Source of the DNA: Desulfobacterales bacterium | GTDB taxonomy: Bacteria > Desulfobacterota > Desulfobacteria > Desulfobacterales > JANQIE01 | Length of the DNA stretch: 64,000 nt | Reading direction: 5' to 3' | NCBI GenBank assembly: GCA_028282295.1 | Contig: JANQIE010000085.1 | Coordinates: 11,909-75,908, forward strand | Shown here: in pieces, positions 22,524-33,413 of the stretch | How positions within the stretch are numbered: position 1 is the first letter of the stretch | How the letters are laid out: every line of letters begins with the position of its first letter | Position numbers and translations under genes: made by a program | The notes under the pieces: model-generated | What the model was told of the DNA's origin: nothing | What the model saw: only the letters and a program-made list of their open reading frames with translations | Databases searched by the model: none

Positions 22524-22550
22524 TAACTTGCTGTAGGAGGAGCGGCTTTT

Positions 22551-23393
22551 TTATTCTCGTATTTTTTTAAGCATTTGCTCAGCCTTGCCGCCGGCCTTGC
22601 TGAAGGGGTAGCTTTTGATTACTTCCTTTAAGAAAATGCGCGCATTGGCTTTATCGTTGACTGACAGATAGGCGTAGCCGGTTTTCAACAGTGCGTCCGG
22701 CACTTTGCTGCCGTCCGGGTACTTTAGTACGACGTTTTTAAAAATCTGAATCGATTCCTGGAATCGTTTTTCCGCGTAGTGGCATTCCCCGGCCCAATAG
22801 AGCGCATTGTCCGCCAGGTCGTGGGTGGGGTGTTGCTGCGCCATGCGCATGAAAAGTGGCAACGCCTCACTGTATTTATTCTCCTGATAGGCGGCAAGCG
22901 CCTTGCGATAGAGGGTCTCCGCGCTGACTGCGGGGGCTTTGGGCGGTTTTGCCGGTTGGGCGGCCGGCGGGGGCTGCGGCGTCAACCGGGCCATTGGCGC
23001 CTTTGCCGGTGCCGGTGTTTGCGGCGCAACAGCCGATGTCTGCGGTGCTTTTGACGGCCCTAAGTCAGATGTCCGTATTTTACCGAACGCGTTGTTGGGG
23101 GCTTGCGGCTGCGGTGCCCTGGCCGCGGGTGCTTTGTGACCCGGCAGGTCGTTTTTGCCAACACCGAGCCGCTCCATGTCGCGCAGGGTGCGTTGGTGGT
23201 TGTCGACCATAAATTGAATCACCGAGATTCGATGATAGATCTCCTCCAACTTGCGGTTGGCTTCGGCGATCTGTTTTTCCAGCAACATGATGTTGGTGCG
23301 GTAGGGGTCTTCCACCTTTGGGGCCGTTGTGGCGCAACCTGCCAACAAGGTGGTGAACACGGCGAACGTAATCAAGACGCGGGCATGTCTCAT
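22551..23393 (-). CDS. cpoB: Tol-Pal protein CpoB/YbgF (lipoprotein, coiled coil + TPR)
   Basis: Lipobox LAGC, LADNALYWAGECHY, YPDGSKVPDALLKTG; GAAGGAG RBS. Confidence 0.88.
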   Translation of the reverse strand: MRHARVLITFAVFTTLLAGCATTAPKVEDPYRTNIMLLEKQIAEANRKLEEIYHRISVIQFMVDNHQRTLRDMERLGVGKNDLPGHKAPAARAPQPQAPNNAFGKIRTSDLGPSKAPQTSAVAPQTPAPAKAPMARLTPQPPPAAQPAKPPKAPAVSAETLYRKALAAYQENKYSEALPLFMRMAQQHPTHDLADNALYWAGECHYAEKRFQESIQIFKNVVLKYPDGSKVPDALLKTGYAYLSVNDKANARIFLKEVIKSYPFSKAGGKAEQMLKKIRE

Positions 23394-23416
23394 TGCGACT
23401 CCTTCATCCGGTGCGG

Positions 23417-24454
23417 TTATTTTTTTGCGCGACCCTGCCACGCCAGCAGAATCGGACTGGCTACATAGATAGATGAATAGGTCCCGACCATGACACCGAC
23501 GATCAGAGCAAAGGCAAAGTCGTGGATGATGCCGCCGCCGAGCACAAACAGGGTCACGACCACGACCAGGGTGGTAAACGAGGTCAGGATGGTCCGGCCC
23601 AGGGTTTCGTTGACACTGCGGTTGATGATGGTGGTCAGGGGATTGCGGTGATATTTTCGCAGGTTTTCACGGATACGATCGTAAACGATAATCGTGTCGT
23701 TGAGCGAATACCCGATAATCGTCAGCAACGCGGCGATAATCGGCAAGGTAAATTCTTTGTCGAAAATGGAAAACAGGCCGACGGTGATCGTCACATCATG
23801 AATCAACGCCACGATGGCGCCCATGGCATATTTTAGCTCCAGGAACCAGAACAGGGCAATGGCCACAATCAGCGCGCCCACCATGAGCCAGGGAATATTA
23901 AAACCGACTGACTTGAACAGATAGACCGCCAGCGCCAGGACGGCGGCGATAACGATGCTGACCATCCATTTCAGCTCGAAACGTCCTGAAATATAAACCG
24001 TGATCAGAAGCAGGGCGATAAACATCGCCAGCAGGGCTTTTTCCCGCAGGCTTTTGCCGACCTGAGGGCCGACCATCTCGAACGATTCGATGCTGAGTTT
24101 GACACCGGTGGCCGCTTCGATCGCGCCTTGCATTTTGGTGCTGATGGCGTCATCGGCGGCGACGTTGCTGTCGATCAGGATGCGGTAGGTGTTCGCGCCG
24201 GGCCGATCGTACTGTTGAACCGACGCATTGCCCAGTTCAATGGCGGCCAGACCGGCCTTGAGGGCCTCGATCGACACCTGTGACTCAAATTTGATCCGCA
24301 TTTCCGCGCCGCCGACAAAATCAATCCCTTGCTTGGGGCCGCCGTGAATGACCAGGGAGATGATACTGATCAGAATCATGGCCACCGAAATGGCAAACGC
24401 GACTTTGCGAAAGCCGATGAAATTGATGTTGATATCAGGTTTAATCAGTTGCAT
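23417..24454 (-). CDS. secF: Protein translocase subunit SecF
   Basis: GIDFVGG, VGPQVG, ALIHDV, GYSLNDTIIVYDRIREN, GTYSSIYVA. Confidence 0.96.
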   Translation of the reverse strand: MQLIKPDININFIGFRKVAFAISVAMILISIISLVIHGGPKQGIDFVGGAEMRIKFESQVSIEALKAGLAAIELGNASVQQYDRPGANTYRILIDSNVAADDAISTKMQGAIEAATGVKLSIESFEMVGPQVGKSLREKALLAMFIALLLITVYISGRFELKWMVSIVIAAVLALAVYLFKSVGFNIPWLMVGALIVAIALFWFLELKYAMGAIVALIHDVTITVGLFSIFDKEFTLPIIAALLTIIGYSLNDTIIVYDRIRENLRKYHRNPLTTIINRSVNETLGRTILTSFTTLVVVVTLFVLGGGIIHDFAFALIVGVMVGTYSSIYVASPILLAWQGRAKK

Positions 24455-24509
24455 GCAACTTGTCCTTTTTGATTGAAAAGATTCAAACCGGAACCGCGTC
24501 CGGCCAATA

Positions 24510-26093
24510 TCAGATACTTAGCTGTTTCAACCGCCGTTTGCCCAGCAGCGTGTCGAACACGGCCCGTGACAGGATCAGTGCGGTGAACAGGCTCGACACG
24601 ACCCCTAAACTCAGGGTCACGGCAAAACCCTTCACCGGTCCGCTACCAAAGGCGTAAAGCACCAGGGCAGCAATAAACGTGGTGACATTGGCGTCCAGAA
24701 TGGTCAAAGTGGCGCGGTCATACCCGGCATCCACGGCAGCCCGCGCGGATTTGCCGATGCGCAGCTCTTCCCGGATCCGTTCGAAGATCAGCACATTGGC
24801 GTCGACGGCCATGCCGATGGTTAAAATGATCCCGGCAATGCCGGGCAACGTCAAGGTGGCATCGAACGCCGCCAGACCGCCGGCAATCAGGATGATGTTG
24901 ACGATCAGGGCCAGATTGGCAATCAAACCGGCCCCCTTGTAATAGATCATCATGAAAAGGATGACCAGGGCACCGCCGATGAGCATGGAGACGAGCCCTT
25001 TGCGGATGGAATCGGCACCCAGGGAAGGGCCGACTTTCTTTTCGTATAGCGTTTCCACCGGTGTTGGAAACGCTTCACGCAGCACCAGGGCCAGATCCTT
25101 GGCGCTTTCGTCGGTGAACTGACCGCTGATGATGGCATCGCCGGCAATTTTTTGCCGGATAACCGGGGCTGAATAGACCTCGTTGTCCAACACGATGGCC
25201 AGTCGTTTGCCGACGTTGGCCTCAGTCAGGCGTTCAAAAATGCGCGCCCCTTTGCGGTCGAATTTTATAGCGACGATCGGTTCGTTGGTTTGCTGGTCGA
25301 ATTGCACGCGCGCTTCGGTTAAATACGCCCCGGTCAGTTCCGCTCTTTTTTTAAGCAGAATCGGTTGCCCCTTGGCGTCCGAACTTTTGTTGTTGAAATA
25401 TAAAACCTGACTGCCCGGCGGGACCCTGCCTTGCAGGGCGCTGTTCAGATCGTTGATTTCGTCCACCAGTTTGAATTCAATCTGGCCGGTTCGCACCAGC
25501 AGGTCTTTGACTTTGCTTTCATCCTTGATGCCGGGCAGTTGCACGATGATCTGTTTTTCCCCCTGGGGCCGGATATCCGGTTCACGCGTGCCGGTAAAAT
25601 CGACACGGTTGCGGATCTTATTCAGGGCCTGATCGGCAGCTTGCCGTTTGAGGCGCTGCACCTCTTCGGGGGTGAGGGTCAAATCGAAGGTGCTGTGATC
25701 GACATCCTTGCGGGTCTCTATTTTCAGGGTGGGGTAGTCGTCTTCAAGCAGTTTTTGCAGCTTGTCCAGTTCCGTGTTGGCGCTGGTTGTGATTTGGATA
25801 TGGGTGGGACCCGGCTTCTTGATACCGGCAACGCGAATGCGGTCCTTGCGCAAGGTGCGCCGCAATTCGTCATACATGCGATTGACTGTATCAGCGACGG
25901 CTTTGTCGGTATCGACCTCCAACACCAGATGCAGGCCCCCCTGCAGATCGAGCCCCAGATTGATTTTTTTATGCGGCCAAAGGGTCGGATCCTCTAATTG
26001 TTGTGACACCATGTGGACGGTCGGCATCACACAGATGATTGCGGCCACCAAAACCGCCGCAATAAAGACCGCTCTCCATGAAAAGTTGCTCAA
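24510..26093 (-). CDS. secD: Protein translocase subunit SecD
   Basis: NLGLDLQGG, VQLPG, VGPSLG, GMAVDANVLIFERIREE, TILDANVTT. Confidence 0.96.
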   Translation of the reverse strand: MSNFSWRAVFIAAVLVAAIICVMPTVHMVSQQLEDPTLWPHKKINLGLDLQGGLHLVLEVDTDKAVADTVNRMYDELRRTLRKDRIRVAGIKKPGPTHIQITTSANTELDKLQKLLEDDYPTLKIETRKDVDHSTFDLTLTPEEVQRLKRQAADQALNKIRNRVDFTGTREPDIRPQGEKQIIVQLPGIKDESKVKDLLVRTGQIEFKLVDEINDLNSALQGRVPPGSQVLYFNNKSSDAKGQPILLKKRAELTGAYLTEARVQFDQQTNEPIVAIKFDRKGARIFERLTEANVGKRLAIVLDNEVYSAPVIRQKIAGDAIISGQFTDESAKDLALVLREAFPTPVETLYEKKVGPSLGADSIRKGLVSMLIGGALVILFMMIYYKGAGLIANLALIVNIILIAGGLAAFDATLTLPGIAGIILTIGMAVDANVLIFERIREELRIGKSARAAVDAGYDRATLTILDANVTTFIAALVLYAFGSGPVKGFAVTLSLGVVSSLFTALILSRAVFDTLLGKRRLKQLSI

Positions 26094-26404
26094 TGCTCCG
26101 TTCCTTTCTTTTGCTGTCCGGCGTCTTGTCTTTGAATTCGGCGTTCGCCGGCCGCTGGTGAGTTCGATCTAGCCGCGCGGCATGCATCAATACCGGTTGA
26201 TGGCATCCTCGTGCAAGAACACGTGTCTAACGCGTACTCCCTGCACAGCAGGCGCCGCCGGTTTGATTCTGTGGCGGCGGCCCACTTTGCCCGGGCACCA
26301 ACTAACAAAACGCAATCCAGGGGCGCTGTTTGGCGCGCTTTCAGGATAAGTCGCACGACCCGTGCATAGACGCCCATGTATACAAGACGAGACCGTCGCG
26401 AAAT

Positions 26405-26791
26405 CTATTTGGAATCGTTTGAATCTTTTTTTTCGTCTTTTTTCTTTTCGTCTTTTTTCGGCTGGGACTGGGCCGCGGGTTTGACCAGCGTCGAAACGTT
26501 GGCGCGATTGACTTTTACCCGCACTTTGTCGGCGATTTCCACGGTCAGCACATTTTCATCGACCCCGGTAATGCGGCCATAGATGCCGCCGCCGGTGATA
26601 ACCCGATCGCCTTTTTTGAGGGCACCGAGCATTTCCCGGTGCTCTTTCTGGCGTTTTTGCTGGGGGCGAATCAACAGAAAATAAAAGACGACGAAAATAA
26701 GAATAAACGGCAACATGCCGCCCAAACCACCGACACCGCCCTGACCGGCCGCGCCGCCGGATGTACCCATTGCGTATGCGAGATCGACCAA
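26405..26791 (-). CDS. yajC: Preprotein translocase subunit YajC
   Basis: FYFLLIRPQQKRQKEH, LKKGDRVIT.GGIYG; AAGGAGG RBS. Confidence 0.95.
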   Translation of the reverse strand: MVDLAYAMGTSGGAAGQGGVGGLGGMLPFILIFVVFYFLLIRPQQKRQKEHREMLGALKKGDRVITGGGIYGRITGVDENVLTVEIADKVRVKVNRANVSTLVKPAAQSQPKKDEKKKDEKKDSNDSK

Positions 26792-26951
26792 AACAAAACC
26801 TCCTTAACCCGAATTAAATGTATTTTTTGAATCTGTTTGTGTTATTTTTTTTAAAAAATGGCGCACATATACTTTAATTTATTGATGACGTCAAATCATT
26901 CTTGCCGGTGGTTGGGGACTGGTGAACTTTCAAGACGTGGGATTGCAGCTT

Positions 26952-27048
26952 GTGTCCATCCGCAAATAGCATCTTTTGGTTCAGACCAAGGTCGCAATCG
27001 GGCTACGGTCTTGGCCTGAACCAAAAGCGACTATTTGCGGCTGGACAC
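26952..27048 (-). repeat. Long-hairpin repeat family, copy A (internally shortened)
   Basis: Terminal IR gtgtccatccgcaaatag / ctatttgcggctggacac. Confidence 0.85.
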
Positions 27049-27069
27049 GAACTTACGACATTTCGGTGG

Positions 27070-27834
27070 TTACTGCTCGGCCGGTATCCACAGATTTTCG
27101 CCGTCGAACTGGATCATGTTCACATTTTGATAATCGATGCTGTCCAGCAGTTCAAATACCCTTCCCATGTTGTAGACGACAATCTTGGTCAACGGTTCCA
27201 GCAGGTTCAGGTCGGACGACAGTTTTTTTTCCTGTATATTATAAATGTAGACCATTCGTTCCGAAAACTTCAGCAGTTTGCCGATCCCGGAGCTATAGCC
27301 CGAGGCGGCCGGCTCATCCGACCGGGGGGACAATTCCACCCCTTTGCGGTAAAAATAGTCTTTCAAGAGTTTAAAATGGATGTTCCAGATGTTGTCGCCG
27401 GGCTGGACGACGTGGATGCCGTAGAGGGCATCCTTGGATGCGGATGAGTCTGTTGCGGCGATATCTTTCTCCACAACTTCGCCTTCTTTAAGTTTGATTT
27501 CGTCCAGAATCGTCTGCATGCGCACCGTGGTGTCCCCCACCTTGATCGATTCGTCGGGCTTGACCAGCGCATCGAGCCCCTGCCCGACCCCAAGCTCGTC
27601 CTTGCGCGCTTGCATGATCGACTTCAGATCTTCATCTTTTTCAAGTTGGTCGTAATCGATCACCGTTTCCGGTTCAACCGCCACCTGCGTTTTGGGTGCG
27701 ACTTGCGCGGCCGGTTGGACGGGCGTTTTACGGGAGAAGAATTGGGATGCAACTATGATAGCGATGAGAACCACCGCCAGGCACATGACGATGAAGAACA
27801 TTTTGCGCGATGAATCCAATGGCTGTTTCGGCAT
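27070..27834 (-). CDS. Membrane-anchored hypothetical protein with a LysM-like segment
   Basis: N-terminal TM helix; GIHVVQPGDNIWNI resembles a LysM start; 4 bp downstream of rne. Confidence 0.65.
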   Translation of the reverse strand: MPKQPLDSSRKMFFIVMCLAVVLIAIIVASQFFSRKTPVQPAAQVAPKTQVAVEPETVIDYDQLEKDEDLKSIMQARKDELGVGQGLDALVKPDESIKVGDTTVRMQTILDEIKLKEGEVVEKDIAATDSSASKDALYGIHVVQPGDNIWNIHFKLLKDYFYRKGVELSPRSDEPAASGYSSGIGKLLKFSERMVYIYNIQEKKLSSDLNLLEPLTKIVVYNMGRVFELLDSIDYQNVNMIQFDGENLWIPAEQ

Positions 27835-27838
27835 GCTA

Positions 27839-29299
27839 TTAACCCCTGTTGATGCGACTGTCACCCGGCCCCATGCGGCGGTCGCCCTCGATGCGGATCG
27901 ATAGATCCCGTCGTTGCTCAAGATCGAGAATTTCTTTACGTTTGCGGTTTTGCAGATAATCGGCGACTTCCACCGGCAACACGCCGGTCACTTTGTGCGT
28001 CTCGGGCTTCAAGGTTTCCAGGCGCAGTCTGCGCAAAAAACTCAAGGCGAGCATTTCCGTGGACGGCACCAATCCCTTGCCCTGGCATTGCGGACAGGTG
28101 TGGAAATTGACAAATTCGATCGACGGCCGCAGGCGTTGACGATTCATCTCCAACAGCCCGAATCGCGACAGACGGCCCACCTTGCTGCGGGCGCGGTCGG
28201 TGCGCATATGCTCTCTGAGCGTTCGTTCAATCTGGGCCCTGTTTTTGGGCTCGCGCATATCGATAAAATCGATGACAATCAAGCCCCCCATGTCGCGTAA
28301 GCGCAACTGGCGCGCGATTTCCTCGGCAGCATCCAGATTGGTCATCAGTGCGGTTTTTTCGATCGACCGTTCGCGCGTGCCCTTGCCGGAATTGACGTCG
28401 ATGGCGACCAGGGCTTCGGTTTGTTCGATGACGATGCTGCCGCCGGATTTGAGATTGACGCGGCTTTCGAAAATCGACGCGATCTGGCTTTCCAGTTGGT
28501 ATTTGGTGAAAATCGGCTTGGCGCCCTTGAACAGTTTTACAATATTACTACTACGCGGGGAGATCAGACTGACGAACTCCTTTACTTCCCGGAAGATCGA
28601 AGGATCGTCGATAAGAATCTCACTAATTTCAGGCGTCAGATAATCGCGAATGGAGCGCACCGATAAATTGCGTTCCTTATACATGAGCGTCGGCGCTTCG
28701 GCCTTGGTGCTTTTTTTGGCGATGTTTTTCCACATGCGCATCAGATAACGCAGGTCTTTGGAAATCTGGGTTTTGGTGCAGTTCTCTCCAACGGTGCGCA
28801 CGATGACGCCGTAGTCGTCGTCAATTTTGAGCTTTTCAATGATGTCTTTTAAATTCTGACGTTTCTCCTCGTCTTCGATTTTGCGCGAAATGCCGCGATT
28901 TTTACTCCCTGGCATCAAGACGATATAGCGTCCCGGCAGGCTGATAAAGGTGGTCAGCATGGCGCCCTTTTTGCCGATCGGATCTTTAACCACCTGCACC
29001 AGCAGTTCCTGGCCTTTTTTGACCACATGCTCGATGGAACGGTCCCTGGAATGATTTTCCTGAAAATAGTCGTGATGAATCTCCTGGATTTGCAAAAAGC
29101 CGTGCCGCTCGGCGCCGTAATCGATAAAGGCGGCTTGCAGGCTGGGCTCCACGCGGGTTACGATACCTTTATAGATATTGCCGTGGGTAATTTCGCGCGC
29201 CGCGCTCTCGATGTGAAATTCATCCAGTTTGTTCTCTTTGACCACCGCAATGCGGCACTCCTCGGGGTCGACGGCGTTGATTAGGATTTTATATGTCAT
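27839..29299 (-). CDS. Rne/Rng family ribonuclease
   Basis: KILINAVDPEECRIA, GNIYKG..RVEPSLQAAFIDYG, AIDVNSG, LRDMGGLIVIDFIDM; short RNase G-like length. Confidence 0.93.
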   Translation of the reverse strand: MTYKILINAVDPEECRIAVVKENKLDEFHIESAAREITHGNIYKGIVTRVEPSLQAAFIDYGAERHGFLQIQEIHHDYFQENHSRDRSIEHVVKKGQELLVQVVKDPIGKKGAMLTTFISLPGRYIVLMPGSKNRGISRKIEDEEKRQNLKDIIEKLKIDDDYGVIVRTVGENCTKTQISKDLRYLMRMWKNIAKKSTKAEAPTLMYKERNLSVRSIRDYLTPEISEILIDDPSIFREVKEFVSLISPRSSNIVKLFKGAKPIFTKYQLESQIASIFESRVNLKSGGSIVIEQTEALVAIDVNSGKGTRERSIEKTALMTNLDAAEEIARQLRLRDMGGLIVIDFIDMREPKNRAQIERTLREHMRTDRARSKVGRLSRFGLLEMNRQRLRPSIEFVNFHTCPQCQGKGLVPSTEMLALSFLRRLRLETLKPETHKVTGVLPVEVADYLQNRKRKEILDLEQRRDLSIRIEGDRRMGPGDSRINRG

Positions 29300-29746
29300 T
29301 TGAAAACTCGTGGTGCCGGGTTTTACCGACAGGCTAGGGTCCATCCGGGTTTGCTAGTTGACTTTGCTTGAAGTATTAGATTGTTAGGCTTAAGTCAAAC
29401 TTTTTATGCCGCCGGTTCGCAGGCCGCGTCTTCCTGTCAGTGGGGTTTTCATTCTTTTGCCGCAGGGCAATCTCGCAGTTAGAAATCATCCGGATAATGT
29501 TGGTGGGCACGGCCCACTCTGCGTTATCAGATGTGCGCTTCAAATTTCCAAATGCGATTGTCCCGTCTTTTGCCCCGGCAGGCTTGCCAAACCACCGACA
29601 TTGTGGCATGAAAGAAAAATTCCAAAACGCGTGGCCTGAATCCGCTTTATTTTTCGAACGGTTACGAGTCACCCGATGCTGATCGGACAGTGCGAAAACC
29701 GTTCAGGCGAAATAAAATCACCATCAATTCCCAGGAATGCAAAACA

Positions 29747-32353
29747 ATGGAACAGACCTACACGCCGCAACAAATAGAAGCCAAATGGCAGCAAACATGG
29801 CAGGACTGGCAATTGTTCACGGTTTCGGAAGATCCGGAAAAAGAAAAATACTATCTGTTGGAAATGTTCCCCTATCCGTCCGGCAAGATTCACATGGGAC
29901 ATGTCCGCAACTACACCATCGGTGATGTGGTCGCCCGCTATAAACGCATGCGCGGTTTCAATGTCCTGCACCCGATGGGGTGGGACGCCTTTGGCATGCC
30001 GGCCGAAAACGCCGCCATTGCCAACCGGACCCACCCGGCCGAATGGACTTACGAAAACATCGATACCATGCGCGCCCAGTTGAAACAGATGGGCTTTAGC
30101 TATGATTGGAACCGCGAGATCGCCACTTGCCGGCCGGAGTACTATCGCTGGGAACAGTGGCTCTTTCTCAAGATGGTTGAAAAGAACATGGCCTACCGCA
30201 AGGAATCGTTTGTCAACTGGTGCGAAGATTGCCAGACGGTGCTGGCCAACGAACAGGTGGAGGCCGGCATGTGCTGGCGTTGCGGGCAAGCGGTTCGTCA
30301 GAAAAAACTGTGGCAGTGGTTTTTCAGAATAACCGATTTTGCCGACGATCTGCTGGTCCACTGCGATCAATTGCCGGGCTGGCCCGACAAAGTCATCACC
30401 ATGCAGAAAAACTGGATCGGTAAAAGCTATGGCGCCGAGATCCGGTTTGCCGTGGCGGACTCGGAACAAGTCATATCCGTGTTCACCACCCGGCCGGACA
30501 CGATTTTCGGCGCCACGTTCATGTGTCTGGCTCCCGAGCATCCCCTGGTTGTCGAGTTGTCCCAAGGGACCGCCGAAGAAAACGCGGTGCAGGCCTTTGT
30601 GGAAAAAATGGCGATGCAGGATCGCAGCGCCAAGGCGGTCGAAGGAAATGAAAAGGAAGGGGTTTTTATCGGCGCCCACTGCGTTAATCCGATGACCGGT
30701 CAAAAGATGCCGATTTATACTGCCAATTTTGCCCTGATGGAATACGGCACCGGGGCCGTCATGTCTGTACCGGCCCATGATCAGCGCGATTTCGAATTTG
30801 CCCGCAAATACGAACTGCCCATCATTGCGGTGGTGCAACCGCAAGAAACCGCCCAGGACGAGCCCCTGACCCCGGACACAATGGAAAAAGCGTACGTGGG
30901 CGAGGGGATAATGATCAATTCCGGGCAGTTCAACGGCAGTCACAACAAGCAGGCCCAGCAGGATATAACCGCCCATTTGGAAGCAAACAAGCACGGCCGC
31001 CAAACCGTGAGTTTCCGGTTGCGAGACTGGGGGATTTCCCGGCAACGCTACTGGGGCGCTCCCATACCGATGGTGCATTGTTCTATTTGCGGAATTGTGC
31101 CGGTACCTGAAACCGACCTGCCGATTTTGCTGCCCGAGGACGCGCAACTACTCGAGGGCGGCAAATCACCCCTGGCCACCCTGGAAACGTTCATCCAAAC
31201 CACCTGCCCCAAATGCGGCAGCGCCCAGGCGCGCCGTGAAACCGATACCATGGATACCTTTGTCGAATCTTCCTGGTACTTCGAGCGGTACTGCAGCCCG
31301 CGTTACGAAGACGGCATGTTCGACAAAGCCGCCGTCGATTACTGGATGCCGGTGGATCAGTACATCGGTGGGGTGGAGCATGCCATTTTACATCTGTTGT
31401 ATTCCCGTTATTTCACGCGCGTGTTGCACGAACTCGGCCTGGTCAGTTACAAGGAGCCGTTCACGCGGCTGCTGACCCAGGGGATGGTCTGTAAAGAGAC
31501 CAACGCCTGTGAGACCCATGGGTTTTTACACCCGGACGACGTGCAGGTCCGCGACAAGCAGCTTTTCTGCAAGATATGCGGGCAGCCGGTCACCACCGGG
31601 CGGGTCGAAAAGATGTCCAAATCCAAGAAAAATGTGATCGACCCCAATCTACTGCTGGATCGCTATGGAGCGGACACCACCCGCCTGTTTTGTCTGTTTG
31701 CCGCCCCCCCCGAGCGGGACCTGGAATGGAGCGAGCAGGGCGTGGAGGGCGGTTTCCGCTTCCTGAACCGGGTCTGGCGGTTGGCGGCCAAGTGGATCGG
31801 GATCGTCAAACCCGTAACCCCGTATGACGGCGTCCCCGGCCAACTGACCGGCGATTTGGCGGATCTGAACCGGAAGATCCATGAAACCATTTACCGCGTA
31901 ACCCGCGATATTGACGACCGGTTCCATTTCAACACGGCGATCAGCGCGGTCATGGAGTTGGTGAACGTTATGCACGGCATTGGCACCGACCATGCCGACG
32001 ACGATGACACGCCCGCGGTGATGCGCGCCGCCCTGGAAACGGTGGTGGTCTTGCTGGCGCCCATCGTGCCGCATTTCGCCGAGGAGATTTGGCAGACCCT
32101 GGGGCATACCCAAAGTATTGTGTGCGCCCCCTGGCCCGCCTACCGCGAAGACGCCCTTATCAAGGACGAGGTCCTGATCGTGGTGCAGGTCAACGGTAAA
32201 CTGCGCAGCCGGTTCAACCTGCCCGCGGACACCGATCAGGAAACGATCAAGCAGCAGGCATTGAGCGATGAACGAGTCCAAAGCTTTATCGCAGGCAAAA
32301 CCATTCGCAAAGTGATCGTCGTGAAGAACAAGCTCGTCAATATTGTGGTGTAG
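29747..32353 (+). CDS. leuS: Leucine--tRNA ligase
   Basis: [39 protein letters not shown]. Confidence 0.98.
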   Translation: MEQTYTPQQIEAKWQQTWQDWQLFTVSEDPEKEKYYLLEMFPYPSGKIHMGHVRNYTIGDVVARYKRMRGFNVLHPMGWDAFGMPAENAAIANRTHPAEWTYENIDTMRAQLKQMGFSYDWNREIATCRPEYYRWEQWLFLKMVEKNMAYRKESFVNWCEDCQTVLANEQVEAGMCWRCGQAVRQKKLWQWFFRITDFADDLLVHCDQLPGWPDKVITMQKNWIGKSYGAEIRFAVADSEQVISVFTTRPDTIFGATFMCLAPEHPLVVELSQGTAEENAVQAFVEKMAMQDRSAKAVEGNEKEGVFIGAHCVNPMTGQKMPIYTANFALMEYGTGAVMSVPAHDQRDFEFARKYELPIIAVVQPQETAQDEPLTPDTMEKAYVGEGIMINSGQFNGSHNKQAQQDITAHLEANKHGRQTVSFRLRDWGISRQRYWGAPIPMVHCSICGIVPVPETDLPILLPEDAQLLEGGKSPLATLETFIQTTCPKCGSAQARRETDTMDTFVESSWYFERYCSPRYEDGMFDKAAVDYWMPVDQYIGGVEHAILHLLYSRYFTRVLHELGLVSYKEPFTRLLTQGMVCKETNACETHGFLHPDDVQVRDKQLFCKICGQPVTTGRVEKMSKSKKNVIDPNLLLDRYGADTTRLFCLFAAPPERDLEWSEQGVEGGFRFLNRVWRLAAKWIGIVKPVTPYDGVPGQLTGDLADLNRKIHETIYRVTRDIDDRFHFNTAISAVMELVNVMHGIGTDHADDDDTPAVMRAALETVVVLLAPIVPHFAEEIWQTLGHTQSIVCAPWPAYREDALIKDEVLIVVQVNGKLRSRFNLPADTDQETIKQQALSDERVQSFIAGKTIRKVIVVKNKLVNIVV

Positions 32354-32403
32354 TACTTTTTTAAATATTACCGTTCAAAAGGAATTGACCGCGGTCAAAG
32401 GGT

Positions 32404-32925
32404 ATGGTTGAAGGATTGAAAAAAAGTCGGCACGGTCTGATTATAATTTTCATGGTTTGCCTGATGTCTTCCTGCGGGTTTCGCTTTGTCGGCGAGGGTA
32501 AATTCCCGGCCGACGTTCAGCGGATTTTTATTGCGATTTTCGAAAACCGCAGCAATGAAACCGGTGTGGAAAGCCTGTTTACCAATGACCTGGTCGATGA
32601 GTTTACCCGCAACCGCAAAAACGCCCTGGCCGCAAAGCCGGCCGCCGATGCGCAACTACACGGTGTAATCGAGTCGATCACGCAGGAAACGATTTCCCGC
32701 AGCGGACAGCTCAGCGCCCTTGAGCGGCGCGTCCGTGCGGCGGTGGCCCTGCGCTTGACCGATTCCAACGGCCGCCTGTTATGGAAGCGCGAAGTGTCCG
32801 AAGAAGAAGAGTATGCCGTGGGCAGCAGTAATTCCGCAACCGAACGAAACCGCAAGGACGCCATCGAAGAACTCTCCAAACGCCTGGCCGAGCGAATCTA
32901 CGATCGCCTGACGGATGATTTCTAA
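32404..32925 (+). CDS. lptE: LptE-like lipoprotein
   Basis: Lipobox MSSCGF, position directly after leuS. Confidence 0.75.
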   Translation: MVEGLKKSRHGLIIIFMVCLMSSCGFRFVGEGKFPADVQRIFIAIFENRSNETGVESLFTNDLVDEFTRNRKNALAAKPAADAQLHGVIESITQETISRSGQLSALERRVRAAVALRLTDSNGRLLWKREVSEEEEYAVGSSNSATERNRKDAIEELSKRLAERIYDRLTDDF

Positions 32926-32958
32926 GTTTGCATTAATTTATTAAAAAAAGATGATTCA

Positions 32959-33258
32959 ATGGCGAAATTGGGAACCGAAAAGAAACCGGTAAGATTCAGG
33001 GCCCAGACTGAGGAAAGGCTGCAACAGCTTGCATCGCTTTGCGACCAAAACGGATGGCAATTTATCGGAGGGTACGAACCGGACGAGCCGGAAGACATAT
33101 CCGAGGTTGAGTATATGTTGAATCCAGAGGACTTTGAATCACAGCCTCGTATGAGCCATGCCGATAACAGGACCATTGCATATGACGGCCCAAAGATCGG
33201 CCGAAATGAGCAATGCCCATGTGGAAGCGGTAAAAAGTATAAGAAGTGTTGCCTGTGA
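32959..33258 (+). CDS. SEC-C motif protein (PBPRA1643-like)
   Basis: [16 protein letters not shown]-terminus; [18 protein letters not shown]. Confidence 0.85.
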   Translation: MAKLGTEKKPVRFRAQTEERLQQLASLCDQNGWQFIGGYEPDEPEDISEVEYMLNPEDFESQPRMSHADNRTIAYDGPKIGRNEQCPCGSGKKYKKCCL

Positions 33259-33325
33259 TGTGACAAAAGATTCAGCATCTGTTTTCGGCTGAAAACAGAC
33301 GGTGAAGGGGGATACAGTCCTAAGA

Positions 33326-33348
33326 CGGCCGAAGCGACGCTTCGGCCG
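33326..33348. terminator. Perfect GC hairpin between convergent genes
   Basis: cggccgaagcg-a-cgcttcggccg; no clear U tract. Confidence 0.4.
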
Positions 33349-33413
33349 GTGCAATTCAGCGGTGCCCGGCGGTTTGCCGGATTCAAAATCTGAAGTTATT
33401 TTTTTCGCCAGCC

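Noticed and set aside
29337-29348. gggtccatccgg matching the end of the long-hairpin repeat family
   Set aside because: Only 12 bp with no partner arm; cannot be distinguished from chance
29490-29525. GGTGG motif upstream of leuS as a possible T-box
   Set aside because: Reads GGTGGGCAC rather than GGTGGNACC, has no terminator, and the same sequence occurs in the repeat at ~44470
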